Positions 24,807 to 34,078 of a stretch of DNA of 47,504 nucleotides are shown here, one piece after another. Position 1 is the stretch's first letter. Every line of letters begins with the position of its first letter. The notes beneath the pieces are model-generated. The model was not told the origin of the DNA and searched no databases. It was given only the letters and a program-made list of their open reading frames with translations. The DNA is from Methanobacteriota archaeon (GTDB lineage: Archaea > Thermoplasmatota > Thermoplasmata > RBG-16-68-12 > SOIM01): the NCBI GenBank assembly GCA_020345725.1, contig CP070767.1, positions 1,782,276 through 1,829,779 of the forward strand, written 5' to 3'. The position numbers and the translations under genes are program-made.

Positions 24807-26207
24807 ATGAAAGATTGGGCCGAGAAGTATCGCCCTAAAACGTTGGGGGAGGTGGCAGGAAATTCACAAGCAATAGGCCAACTCCGTCGCTGGGCAGAGT
24901 CCTGGAGCCACAAAATCCCTGCTAAGAGGGCAGTTGTCTTGGCGGGTGATCCAGGCATTGGGAAGACCTCTGCTGCGCTCGCACTGGCGAATGACTTCGG
25001 ATGGATCGTGGTGGAGATGAACGCCTCGGACAAGAGGAACGCTCAGGCTGTCAGGGACATTGCTCTTAGGGGGGCCGTAGGTGAGACCTTTGCCGATGAT
25101 GGAAGATTCCTCTCCGCCAAAGAAGGTGACAGGAAGATAATCATTCTGGATGAGGCCGACAATCTCTTCGGCAAGGAAGATTTCGGGGGAATGGGGGCGA
25201 TAGCGGACGTCCTCAGACAGGCCAAACAGCCGATAATACTCATCGCCAATGACCTCTACAGCCTGACCAGACGGTCTTCTGCAATTAAGCAGAGGTGTAC
25301 GATAATCAGATTTCGGAGACCCGATACATCAGCGGTCATCAAGGTCCTCAGGGATATCGCAAGAAATGAGGGCGTGAAGGTGGCCGAAGAGGCAATAAGA
25401 TTTGTGGCGGAGCGGAATGATGGGGATATGAGGTCATCCATAAACGATCTGCAATCACTGGTCGAGGGAAGAGAGGAGGTGCTAGCCGACGACGTGGAGA
25501 GCTTGGGATACCGGGACAGGAAGAAGGACATCTACAAGGCCTTGTCCGATATCTTCAGAACTTCCAGCTGCAAGAAGTCCAGGGAAAGCGTGTTTCAGTT
25601 GGACGAATCTCCTGATTACTTCATTCTCTGGATCGAGCACAATGTGCCCTTGGACTACAAGGACCCGGAAGACCTTTCAAGGGCTTTCAACGCCCTCTCG
25701 CGAGCGGACGTGTATTTGGGCAGGGTCAACAAGCTTCGTTACTATGGTCTGTGGAGCTATGCCACGGACATGATGTCCTGCGGGGTCTCGATGGCCAGAA
25801 AAGGCAGGTACAGTGGAGGCAGATACAACTTCCCATTGTGGCTGTCAAAGATGTCGCGGTCTAGGGGAATCAGGAACACCATCAAGAGCATAAGCAAGAA
25901 GGTGGGAGATTACTGTCACACCTCCTCAGGGGTAGTATCCCGGGACATGTTCCCAAACTTCAAATTCCTGTTCAACTCCGATTCGGACTTCAGGTTCCAC
26001 ATAACTGAGAGACTCGATCTCACAGAGAGGGAAGTGGGATTCCTTATGGGCGAAAAGGAGGACTCAGCAGCTGTGAGACATCTCATCGAAGCAATCCGAA
26101 AAATGAAGAGCAAGGATGAGGAAGGAAAGGAGATTTTTCAAGATTACGAGAAGAAGGACAAGGTCAGAAGGCAGAAGAAGTCCCAGAAAAGCCTGGGAGA
26201 ATACTGA
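24807..26207 (+). CDS. rfcL: replication factor C large subunit
   Basis: MKDWAEKYRPKTLGEVAGN, Walker A GDPGIGKTS, Walker B IIILDEADNL, and a Lys-rich C-terminus typical of archaeal RfcL. The start is taken at ATG 24807 (the track ORF begins at 24780). Confidence 0.88.
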   Translation: MKDWAEKYRPKTLGEVAGNSQAIGQLRRWAESWSHKIPAKRAVVLAGDPGIGKTSAALALANDFGWIVVEMNASDKRNAQAVRDIALRGAVGETFADDGRFLSAKEGDRKIIILDEADNLFGKEDFGGMGAIADVLRQAKQPIILIANDLYSLTRRSSAIKQRCTIIRFRRPDTSAVIKVLRDIARNEGVKVAEEAIRFVAERNDGDMRSSINDLQSLVEGREEVLADDVESLGYRDRKKDIYKALSDIFRTSSCKKSRESVFQLDESPDYFILWIEHNVPLDYKDPEDLSRAFNALSRADVYLGRVNKLRYYGLWSYATDMMSCGVSMARKGRYSGGRYNFPLWLSKMSRSRGIRNTIKSISKKVGDYCHTSSGVVSRDMFPNFKFLFNSDSDFRFHITERLDLTEREVGFLMGEKEDSAAVRHLIEAIRKMKSKDEEGKEIFQDYEKKDKVRRQKKSQKSLGEY

Positions 26208-26244
26208 ACCCATCAATACAAAACAATTTATTGTCAGATGTCAA

Positions 26245-27180
26245 TTGAGCCTTGTGGACACGAACTCAAGACGGCTTTTCGAAAGGCAAGGGTACAAGAT
26301 AGTGGGAGGGCACAGCGGCGTCAAGCTCTGCCACTGGATGAGACAGAAATTGCTCCACGGGAGACCCTGCTACAAGGAACATTTCTACGGGATCGAGAGC
26401 CACCGATGCCTCCAGATGAGCCCCACGTTGGAACAGTGCAATCTCAACTGCATTTTCTGTTGGAGGATACAGAACTTCTCTGGTTGGGAGTTCGAAAGTG
26501 TCGATGAGCCAGAGGTTATCCTGGAGAAATCAATAGAAGCACAGAAATTGCTGGTATCAGGCTTCAAAGGGGATGAAAGATGCGATCCAAAGATGTGGGA
26601 GGAATCCAGGAATCCCAACCAAGTGGCCATCTCGCTAACTGGCGAACCTACACTCTACCCAAGACTGAATGAATTCATAGAAATCTGTAAAAGCAAGGAT
26701 ATGACCACATTTCTGGTCACGAATGGTACAACTCCAAGAGCGCTGGAGAAGCTGGACCCACTGCCCACTCAATTATACATAACGGTCGCCGCGCCAAATC
26801 CTGACATCTACGGGAAGCTCTGCGCACCGCAAAGCGAAAAGAACTGGGAGAGACTGAAGAGAAGCATGGAACTGTTGCCCTCTCTCGACACAAGAACGGT
26901 GATCCGGCTCACACTTGTGGATGGACTGAACATAGGATGGGAGGATGAATACTCCAAGCTCATTGAAAAGGCAGAGCCAGACTTTGTAGAACCCAAGGCG
27001 TATGTGTTCGTAGGAGCTTCCAGGGAGAGGCTGACAATCGAGAACATGCCCAGCCATGAGACAGTGAAGGATTTTGGAGGAAGGCTTGCAAGGAGACTGG
27101 GATTCGAGACGGTCAGTGAGAAGGCGGATAGCAGGGTTGTTCTCCTCAGTTCGGGAAAGACCTCTCCTAAGCTGCAATAG
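26245..27180 (+). CDS. taw1: tRNA 4-demethylwyosine synthase (Taw1/TYW1 radical SAM)
   Basis: QGYKIVGGHSGVKLCHWMRQ...CYKEHFYGIESHRC and the radical SAM motif CNLNCIFCWR. The track ORF starts at 26116 inside rfcL. The real start is more likely TTG 26245 or GTG 26254, just after the rfcL stop. Confidence 0.85.
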   Translation: MSLVDTNSRRLFERQGYKIVGGHSGVKLCHWMRQKLLHGRPCYKEHFYGIESHRCLQMSPTLEQCNLNCIFCWRIQNFSGWEFESVDEPEVILEKSIEAQKLLVSGFKGDERCDPKMWEESRNPNQVAISLTGEPTLYPRLNEFIEICKSKDMTTFLVTNGTTPRALEKLDPLPTQLYITVAAPNPDIYGKLCAPQSEKNWERLKRSMELLPSLDTRTVIRLTLVDGLNIGWEDEYSKLIEKAEPDFVEPKAYVFVGASRERLTIENMPSHETVKDFGGRLARRLGFETVSEKADSRVVLLSSGKTSPKLQ

Positions 27181-27225
27181 AATCTCATTTTTATATTCGC
27201 AGTAGTATTCGATGGGTGACTAGAC

Positions 27226-27732
27226 ATGGATTGGTTCACAGGAATCCTTGAGGCGTTGCTGAGTCAGCCATTACTATTCTTTTTCCTATTATTCATATAC
27301 AGCGTACTAGTAGCCATCATTCTCCCCATACCCATTGAGATCGCACTCGTTTTCGCCATAGGGGACATCCCATTCCTAATAGGTGTGGCAATCACAATAG
27401 GATTAGGAAAGACGGTAGGGGCCATGGGAATCTTCTATCTGGGATTGAAAGTGGAAGACAATATCAGACGATGGTCCTCCAAATACAAGTGGATTGATAA
27501 TTTTGTAAAGGCAATGATAAAGTTCGTTGACAAGACAGGTTACTGGGGCTTCTTCATCCTTCTGAGCATCCCGTTCATGTTGGACACTGTGCCGATATAC
27601 ATCTACTCGCTCTTCAACGAAGAGGGGCGGCTCATGAGCCGCAATTATTTCCTATTCACCAACTTCGTGGCTGGGATTGTCAGATCGGTACTCTTCCTCA
27701 TACTGTGGAACGTGGGTATCCATTTAGTATAG
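27226..27732 (+). CDS. small integral membrane protein (possibly DedA/VTT-like)
   Basis: 168 aa with about four hydrophobic helices. The LPIPIEIALVFAIGD segment resembles the VTT/DedA re-entrant motif. The family assignment is weak. Confidence 0.55.
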   Translation: MDWFTGILEALLSQPLLFFFLLFIYSVLVAIILPIPIEIALVFAIGDIPFLIGVAITIGLGKTVGAMGIFYLGLKVEDNIRRWSSKYKWIDNFVKAMIKFVDKTGYWGFFILLSIPFMLDTVPIYIYSLFNEEGRLMSRNYFLFTNFVAGIVRSVLFLILWNVGIHLV

Positions 27733-27772
27733 GGTACTGCAACGATAGACTTATTTTCCTAATTCCCTTCTT

Positions 27773-28762
27773 ATGAGCGTGTTCAGCATACCCACAATCC
27801 TAAGATCGGACGAGCTTCTTGACAAGGCTTTCAAGAAAGCATCCAAGGTGAGCATCTCTGGGAAGGGAATTGGTAGAAAGAAGAAGCTGGCCAGAGGGAA
27901 AATCGAATCCCTCTCTCAGACTATTGATTCCACCTTGAGGAAATATGTGAAATCATTTCCCACCATCGACAGCCTGCATCCATTCTACAAGGCGTTGATT
28001 GATATCCTCCTAGATACGGACAGACTGAAGAAGAGCCTGGCTTCACTAGATTGGTGCAGGAGGACCTGTATTGAGGTCGCCAGGGAGAATTCAAGGAAGA
28101 TCTTCAAGACGAAGAACCCCCAGCAGATCGATTCGATACGTAAGGCAGTATATGGCAGAGTGTCCTCAATTGTTGATGATATCTCCAAGGAGCTATTGTA
28201 TCTAAACGAGGCAAGGCAAGAGATACGGAAGATGCCGACCATTGACCCAGACATACCTACGATTGTTGTTTCTGGCTATCCCAATGTTGGTAAATCCCAA
28301 CTTGTCAGAGCAATGTCAAGCGCCAAGCCTCGAATAGCAAGCTACCCTTTCACTACACAGAGAGTCTCCATCGGACATTTCGAAAGAGACCGTACCTCCT
28401 ACCAAGTAATTGACACTCCCGGACTGTTGGACAGAGAACTTGAGGACAGAAACGCGATTGAGAGGCAGGCGATAAACGCCTTGGAACATCTTGCAGACTT
28501 GGTGATCTTTGTCTTGGACCCGACCGAAACCTGTGGGTACGATATCGGTAAACAGGAGAACCTGCTGAACACAATCAAGAAGGAATTCACCGAGATTCCA
28601 GTGATTCAAGTTGAGAATAAGATGGACATTTCCAAAACATCCTCTGAAAACAGGAAGATATCCGCCCTTACTGGAATCGGAGTGGAAGAACTGGTTGAGA
28701 ACGCTGTGGAGACTATTACCAGCCTCTCTCCTGAAGCCTCTGGTCCGCTGGAATATCACTGA
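27773..28762 (+). CDS. Nog1-like GTP-binding protein (Obg/HflX superfamily)
   Basis: N-terminal NOG1-type helical domain, then G1 GYPNVGKS, G2 PFTT, G3 DTPGLLD and G4 NKMD. Confidence 0.85.
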   Translation: MSVFSIPTILRSDELLDKAFKKASKVSISGKGIGRKKKLARGKIESLSQTIDSTLRKYVKSFPTIDSLHPFYKALIDILLDTDRLKKSLASLDWCRRTCIEVARENSRKIFKTKNPQQIDSIRKAVYGRVSSIVDDISKELLYLNEARQEIRKMPTIDPDIPTIVVSGYPNVGKSQLVRAMSSAKPRIASYPFTTQRVSIGHFERDRTSYQVIDTPGLLDRELEDRNAIERQAINALEHLADLVIFVLDPTETCGYDIGKQENLLNTIKKEFTEIPVIQVENKMDISKTSSENRKISALTGIGVEELVENAVETITSLSPEASGPLEYH

Positions 28763-29735
28763 TCTCGAGACCTTTCATAGCATCTCCGAGCCCTTTTGAC
28801 ACCTCTGCTATCACTGCGGGGTCATCGAAGTTAGTAGTTGCTTCTACTATTGCCTTACCTCTCTCCTTCGGGTTCTCTGATTTGAATATTCCAGATCCGA
28901 CAAAGACTCCATCGCAGCCCAGCTGCATCATGAGGGCCGCGTCTGCGGGTGTCGCAAGTCCTCCAGCTGCGAAGTTCACGACCGGAAGTCGGGATTTCTC
29001 CTTTATCTCCAGGAGGACTTCGTACACTCCATTGGTCACCTCACCCAGGCTGAGTTCCTCGAAAACAAGGTCGTTGTTAGCGATCGCGAATTCGTCTTGG
29101 CTGGCCTTTCTCACTTCTCCCAGCAGATTCCCATAGCTTTTGGAATAGGCCGTGGCCAGTCTTTTCGTTTCGTCGTCGTTGAGGGTCTTCAGTTCCTCAA
29201 TAGCTCGCGTCATCAATCTCTGATGGCGGACCGCTTCAATGACATTACCTGTTCCGGCCTCGCCCTTGGTTCTAATCATGGCGGCTCCTTCGAAGATCCT
29301 TCTTGCCGCTTCGCCCAGGTTCCTTGCCCCGCATACGAAAGGAATGTCGAACTTCCTCTTGTCGATGTGATAGAAGGGGTCTCCAGGTGTGAGCACCTCG
29401 GATTCGTCTATCATGTCCGCTCCAAGCGTCTGAAGCGCCTGTGCCTCCACGAAATGTCCGATTCTTGCCTTGGCCATAACAGGTATGGATACCGAATCTA
29501 TGATCTCCTTGACCTTCAGCGGGTCTGCCATTCGGGCCACACCACCAGCCGTCCTTATGTCCGCTGGAACCCTCTCCAGGGCCATTACGGCAACAGCTCC
29601 AGCTTCCTCAGCGATGAGTGCTTGATCTGCGTTAGTGACATCCATTATCACTCCGCCCTTCTGCATTTTGGCAAAACCTCTCTTGAGCAATTCGGTTCCG
29701 AATCGAAGCGTTTTCAAGTCTAAGTCCAGAGGCAC
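28716..29735 (-). CDS. pdxS: pyridoxal 5'-phosphate synthase lyase subunit PdxS
   Basis: [68 protein letters not shown] and the C-terminal ERGW. The start is taken at GTG 29735, preceded by GGGGAGGTGG. The track ORF extends to 29846. Confidence 0.92.
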   Translation of the reverse strand: MPLDLDLKTLRFGTELLKRGFAKMQKGGVIMDVTNADQALIAEEAGAVAVMALERVPADIRTAGGVARMADPLKVKEIIDSVSIPVMAKARIGHFVEAQALQTLGADMIDESEVLTPGDPFYHIDKRKFDIPFVCGARNLGEAARRIFEGAAMIRTKGEAGTGNVIEAVRHQRLMTRAIEELKTLNDDETKRLATAYSKSYGNLLGEVRKASQDEFAIANNDLVFEELSLGEVTNGVYEVLLEIKEKSRLPVVNFAAGGLATPADAALMMQLGCDGVFVGSGIFKSENPKERGKAIVEATTNFDDPAVIAEVSKGLGDAMKGLEISDIPADQRLQERGW

Positions 29736-29896
29736 AAAACCACCTCCCCATTTATGCGGTCTATAAGAAGTTGGGTATTTATTTCTACTTTTCGGTATTC
29801 CTGATCCCGATTCATTACCCCTCTTAGCCAAATCTGCATTCAGCAAACCCTAAATATCGTCTTCCGAATGCACTGAGAGGAGGAAGGTCCATACCT

Positions 29897-30436
29897 TTGA
29901 AGGTTGTTTGCGTCACAGGCATGCCTGGAAGCGGCAAAGAAGAATTCGTAAAGGTGGCCAGGGAGTTGGAATTCGATATAATCCGCATGGGGGACCTCGT
30001 GAGAGATGAGGCCGAGAAACGCGGTCTGGATATGGATGACAGATCAGTGGGCAATCTAGCCAATGAAGAAAGGGAGCTTTTCGGGCAAGGCATTTGGGCT
30101 GTGCGTACTCTTCCAAGAATCAAGGGTCAAAGGATCATCATCGATGGCATAAGAGGAATTGCTGAGATTGAGGTTTTTCGAAAGGCATTCAAATCGGATT
30201 TGCTGGTCATCTCGATCGAGGCTGGCAGTGATGTCAGATATGAAAGAATAGTGCAAAGGAAAAGAAGGGACGCCACTCTCACAAAAGAGCAGTTCACCAA
30301 CCGGGACGAGAGGGAAAGGAGATGGGGAATCGAACAAGCACTGGACGAAGCAGATTTCGTCATAGTGAATGAAGGGTCTCTTGAGGAGTTCCAGAAAGAA
30401 GCAGAAAGGGTGCTTGAAGAGATAGTCAGGATGTGA
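29897..30436 (+). CDS. P-loop nucleotide kinase, archaeal UPF0200 / dephospho-CoA-kinase-like family
   Basis: TTG start after GAGAGGAGGAAGG. P-loop VTGMPGSGK; MGDLVRDEA; IDGIRG..E...F; RDERE; IVNEGSLEEF. This pattern matches UPF0200 proteins as I recall them. Confidence 0.75.
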   Translation: MKVVCVTGMPGSGKEEFVKVARELEFDIIRMGDLVRDEAEKRGLDMDDRSVGNLANEERELFGQGIWAVRTLPRIKGQRIIIDGIRGIAEIEVFRKAFKSDLLVISIEAGSDVRYERIVQRKRRDATLTKEQFTNRDERERRWGIEQALDEADFVIVNEGSLEEFQKEAERVLEEIVRM

Positions 30437-30864
30437 GCCGGGTGTTTCTAAACGTTCGACTTAGAGCCTTCTGTCATGCCACGGAGAATCCTTCGAAGGT
30501 CAAGGATGCCCTTGAATTCCTTCTTCCAGGAGGAATTGTGCAGGAGAACACAACGACTGGGCATCATGGCAATCCAATTGTCATCTACGAAGTCAGAAGC
30601 GAGAAGAAGAGCGAAGTCAAGAGTTTCTGGGATAGAATCACTTCCTCGGTGCCGAAAGGCCCATTACTGGAAGATCTTGAGAACAGAATAGATGATGACT
30701 GCGTTCTGCACGCAAGGATGGATAAGCAAAAAGCATATCTAGGCAGCATTGAAATGGTGAGACACGAAGACGTGGTCACAGTCATGTCCAAGATCGAGAG
30801 CTATCCAAGGAACAGGAGAGTTGCGATCCAAAAGGCGATTGAGTTCTTCGGTGAGGTGAGGTGA
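30433..30864 (+). CDS. UPF0201/COG1931-like predicted RNA-binding protein
   Basis: The GTG start overlaps the upstream stop (GTGA). The N-terminal VRLRAFCHATENPSKVKDALEFLLP resembles the UPF0201 pattern (..v.pTEd.eKV..Al..l.P). It sits next to the UPF0200 gene. Confidence 0.6.
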   Translation: MSRVFLNVRLRAFCHATENPSKVKDALEFLLPGGIVQENTTTGHHGNPIVIYEVRSEKKSEVKSFWDRITSSVPKGPLLEDLENRIDDDCVLHARMDKQKAYLGSIEMVRHEDVVTVMSKIESYPRNRRVAIQKAIEFFGEVR

Positions 30865-32029
30865 GCCCCTGGAACTGTCACGAGAGCAAGAAGCACTCCT
30901 CAAGGATGGGAGTTTTGGGGAAAGAAAGGCCTTGGAGCTGTTGATAGCCCTTGGGGACATCTATGATGCAACTAGGCTGATTCCAGTAACCTCGGTGCAT
31001 ATCTCCGGAGCCTCCTACAAGACAATAGGTGACGCGGGTCTGAAATTCTTATCTGAAATATGTAAAGGTTGCCACACCAAGGCGAAATCGACGGTCAATC
31101 CCATAGGAATGGATAGGGAAAGATACGAGGAGATGAAGGTTACAGAGGAGTTTGTGTCCAAACAGAAAGAGATAATAGACCACTATAAGAGCCTCGGAGT
31201 TCTTGACAGCTGGACATGCACACCATATCTGATCGGCAACAGACCCGGACTTGGAGAGGACATTGCGTGGGCTGAGTCTTCAGCAGTGGTCTTCGCCAAC
31301 TCAGTACTGGGAGCCAGAACAAACAGGGAAGGGGGACCTTCCGCATTGGCTTCATCTATAACTGGACTGACACCGGACTATGGGTTGCATAGAGAAGACA
31401 ATCGGAAGGGGAATGCGCTCTTTGAATTGGATTTCGAATTGGAGGAGAAGGACTTCGCATCCCTCGGTTCTTTCGCAGGTGAGATATGCGGCACAAGAAC
31501 CCCTTATTTCAGGAATCTCTCAGCGAGCGAGGACAATCTCAAGACACTGTCTGCGGCGCTGGCATCTTCAGGTTCAGTCTCAATGTTTCATGTCGAAGGA
31601 TTGACGCCAGAGTGGAAGCTAGGCTATGAAGAGGATTGTGAGAAGGTTACGGTTGAGAGGAAGGACTTGGAAGAGATTGCGAATAGCTGGAACACAAACG
31701 ATAGCCCCAACCTGATTGCGTTTGGATGCCCTCACTGCTCAACAGCGGAGCTCAAGAGGATTGCGGATATGCTGAGAGACGGCTGGAAGGGTCCAGAACT
31801 CTGGGTATGCACCAGCAGGGAGGCTTGCAGGAAAGCCCCGGATTCCGTCCAGGAGATCGATAAACAGGGAAAGGTCCTCTGCGATACTTGCGTTATAGTC
31901 TCGAGTGTGGAAGACTTCTCAGAGACTGTTGCCACGAACTCCGGAAAAGCCTCAACCTATCTTCCTTCACTGTGCAAGCAGAAGACAATGTTCGATGATA
32001 TGGAGACACTCATAAGGCGGTTCCAATGA
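30857..32029 (+). CDS. aconitase X catalytic (large) subunit, DUF521; putative phosphomevalonate dehydratase large subunit
   Basis: LSREQEALLKDGSFGERKALELLIALG...VTSVHISGASYK, CTPYL and ESSAVVFANSVLGARTNREGG are typical of the AcnX catalytic domain. The start is taken at GTG 30857; the track ORF begins at an internal TTG at 30932. Confidence 0.8.
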
Positions 32030-32835
32030 TACTCAAGGGAAGAGGCCTCTCAAAGGGAACAGGCGAAGCTAATCTGATTGTCTCATCTGAGCCAGTCTCC
32101 TTCTTGGGTGGAGTCGATGCCAAATCTGGAAGAATCATTGACGAAAGGAGTGACGTCTTCGGAGAGAGCATTGCTGGAAAGGTCTTTGCGTTTCCATCTG
32201 GGAAAGGAAGCACGGTGGGATCGTACGTGCTGTACGGTCTGGTCATCAACGATTGCGCTCCTGTCGCAATACTGAACGAGAGAAGCGAGGTTGTTGTGAC
32301 TGTCGGAGTGATCATATCTGGTATCCCTCTGGTTGACTGTTTGGACCTCTCCTTGCTGAGAACTGGGGACATGGTGGAAGTGAACGGGGATGAAGGATCA
32401 GTGAATGTTGAGGGAGTGGAGGAAGTCCACGTTGTCACATCCTTCCTTGAGAATGAAGGTAAGATACTCCTGTTGAAGAGAAGCGAGCTTGTGGGAACGT
32501 ATCAAGGCATGTGGGCAGGTATCTCTGGGTATCTGGAGAAGGGTGATGAAGCGGTTGAGAGAGCAGTCATCGAAATCGAAGAAGAAGTGGGAATCTCGAG
32601 TCCAAGGCTTCTGAAGGAAGGAAAACCAGTGAGTTCCAGAGACGAGAACACCCTTTGGGTCGTCCATCCGTTCCTCTTTCATGTGGATTCGCCGAAGGTC
32701 AAGCTTGACTGGGAACACAAGGAACACAAGTGGATTCCACAATCACAGATTCCAGAGTTCGAGACAGTGCCGAGGCTGATAAAGGCTTTCGAGGCCGTCG
32801 TCCAAGGTTTGCGCCATGAAGATGGGGAAAGGTAA
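32026..32835 (+). CDS. aconitase X swivel (small) subunit, DUF126, fused to a C-terminal Nudix hydrolase domain
   Basis: ATGA overlap with the large subunit. DUF126 block GESIAGKVFAFPSGKGSTVGSYVLYGL...APVAIL. The C-terminal half carries a Nudix-box-like GYLEKGDEAVERAVIEIEEEVGI, preceded by GKILLLKR...GMWAGISG. Confidence 0.75.
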   Translation: MILKGRGLSKGTGEANLIVSSEPVSFLGGVDAKSGRIIDERSDVFGESIAGKVFAFPSGKGSTVGSYVLYGLVINDCAPVAILNERSEVVVTVGVIISGIPLVDCLDLSLLRTGDMVEVNGDEGSVNVEGVEEVHVVTSFLENEGKILLLKRSELVGTYQGMWAGISGYLEKGDEAVERAVIEIEEEVGISSPRLLKEGKPVSSRDENTLWVVHPFLFHVDSPKVKLDWEHKEHKWIPQSQIPEFETVPRLIKAFEAVVQGLRHEDGER

Positions 32836-32889
32836 ATCCACCTAATGATGGGATAACTTTTTTATATAGTATTCAGATTCAATGATTGA

Positions 32890-33942
32890 ATGAAATCGGA
32901 CTACACAACTGCAGAGAAGAAGGTTCTATATGGCCTGGTCAAGCATCCAACGCTCAATGACAGGGAATTGTCTGAGGCAATCGGCGTGAAACCATCCACA
33001 ACGACTGCCATTAGGAGACGTCTCAGAAAGGCGGAAGTATTCTCTACCAAGCGAATCCCGATGGCCGATAGACTGGGCTACGAGCTACTGGGCGTATTCT
33101 GCGGTAGGATGGGGCCAGGTACAAAAGATTCCGTCAAGAAGAAGTTCTTGGAAGCTGTTCACAACATGCCCCAGATCTTCTACACAATTGTGTCCTCGGA
33201 CAGTGTATTTGCAATTGGCTATTTCAAGAACTTCAGCGAATACAGGGCCTTTGCTGACGCTGCATGGGAGCAGTTCGGAGGATCAGCCGTGATTGAACCA
33301 GGCATGTGGTCCTGGGCCATATTCAGCTTTGAGAGGTCCAAGATTGCATACTTCTTCGATTATGGACCTCCTTTGAAGTACATTTTTAACATAAAGGAGA
33401 GAATGAAGTTCATGGAGTCAGCAGAAGAGCCTTCCTCGATTAAGTTGAGCAAGAAGGAGAAGGTAGTGCTTCAAGGGTTGGTGAACCTCCCAGAGTCATC
33501 AGACAAGGAAGTGGCTGAGAGAATAGGGGCATCCAGACAGGCAGTCTCGGCCATGAGAAAGAGATTCGAGAAGATGGGTGTGATGAAGACCCTCCGGGTG
33601 GTCAACTTGGAGAAGGTGGGATATCACCTGGTTGCGCTGGCACACAATCAATTCACTCCTCCAGCAACTCTCGAAGCTAGAAGAAAAGATCTAATGAAGA
33701 TCGCAGAGATGGTCCCCCAATTCTTGAGTGTGGTCAGCAACCCCGAGAGCATTCTTATGGCGTGTGCTACGAACTACGAGATGTATCACGAGGTCAGGAA
33801 TAGGGCCCTCAAATTGTATGCTGAAAAGGGATACCTGCGAGATGAACCCATGATGATGCTTTTCCCGCTTTCGGATACCCATACCATCAAGGACTTCGAC
33901 TTTGTGGGCTTCATGGAGAGGATTGTAGGAGAAGAGGAGTAG
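32890..33942 (+). CDS. double winged-HTH (Lrp/AsnC-like) transcriptional regulator, paralog 1
   Basis: 350 aa with an internal duplication. Unit 1: EKKVLYGLVKHPTLNDRELSEAIGVKPSTTTAIRRRLRKAEVFSTKRIPMADRLGYELL. Unit 2: EKVVLQGLVNLPESSDKEVAERIGASRQAVSAMRKRFEKMGVMKTLRVVNLEKVGYHLV. Each HTH is followed by a ~100-aa alpha/beta region. Confidence 0.65.
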   Translation: MKSDYTTAEKKVLYGLVKHPTLNDRELSEAIGVKPSTTTAIRRRLRKAEVFSTKRIPMADRLGYELLGVFCGRMGPGTKDSVKKKFLEAVHNMPQIFYTIVSSDSVFAIGYFKNFSEYRAFADAAWEQFGGSAVIEPGMWSWAIFSFERSKIAYFFDYGPPLKYIFNIKERMKFMESAEEPSSIKLSKKEKVVLQGLVNLPESSDKEVAERIGASRQAVSAMRKRFEKMGVMKTLRVVNLEKVGYHLVALAHNQFTPPATLEARRKDLMKIAEMVPQFLSVVSNPESILMACATNYEMYHEVRNRALKLYAEKGYLRDEPMMMLFPLSDTHTIKDFDFVGFMERIVGEEE

Positions 33943-34078
33943 GTATCTGCATTCTGGGAGTCATCATTCGGAGCGATCCACATCATTTATTCATTATGGG
34001 CACCACACTAATAGAAAAAGGTGAACTGTCTCCGAGATGAGATAGCTTTATTACATCGAAACATGATTCTCCGACACT

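Noticed and set aside
26116-26244. ATG at 26116 as the taw1 start (92-nt overlap with rfcL)
   Set aside because: The encoded segment is Arg/Lys-rich junk read out of frame from the rfcL tail. Conserved Taw1 sequence starts after the TTG/GTG at 26245/26254. The ATG start cannot be fully excluded.
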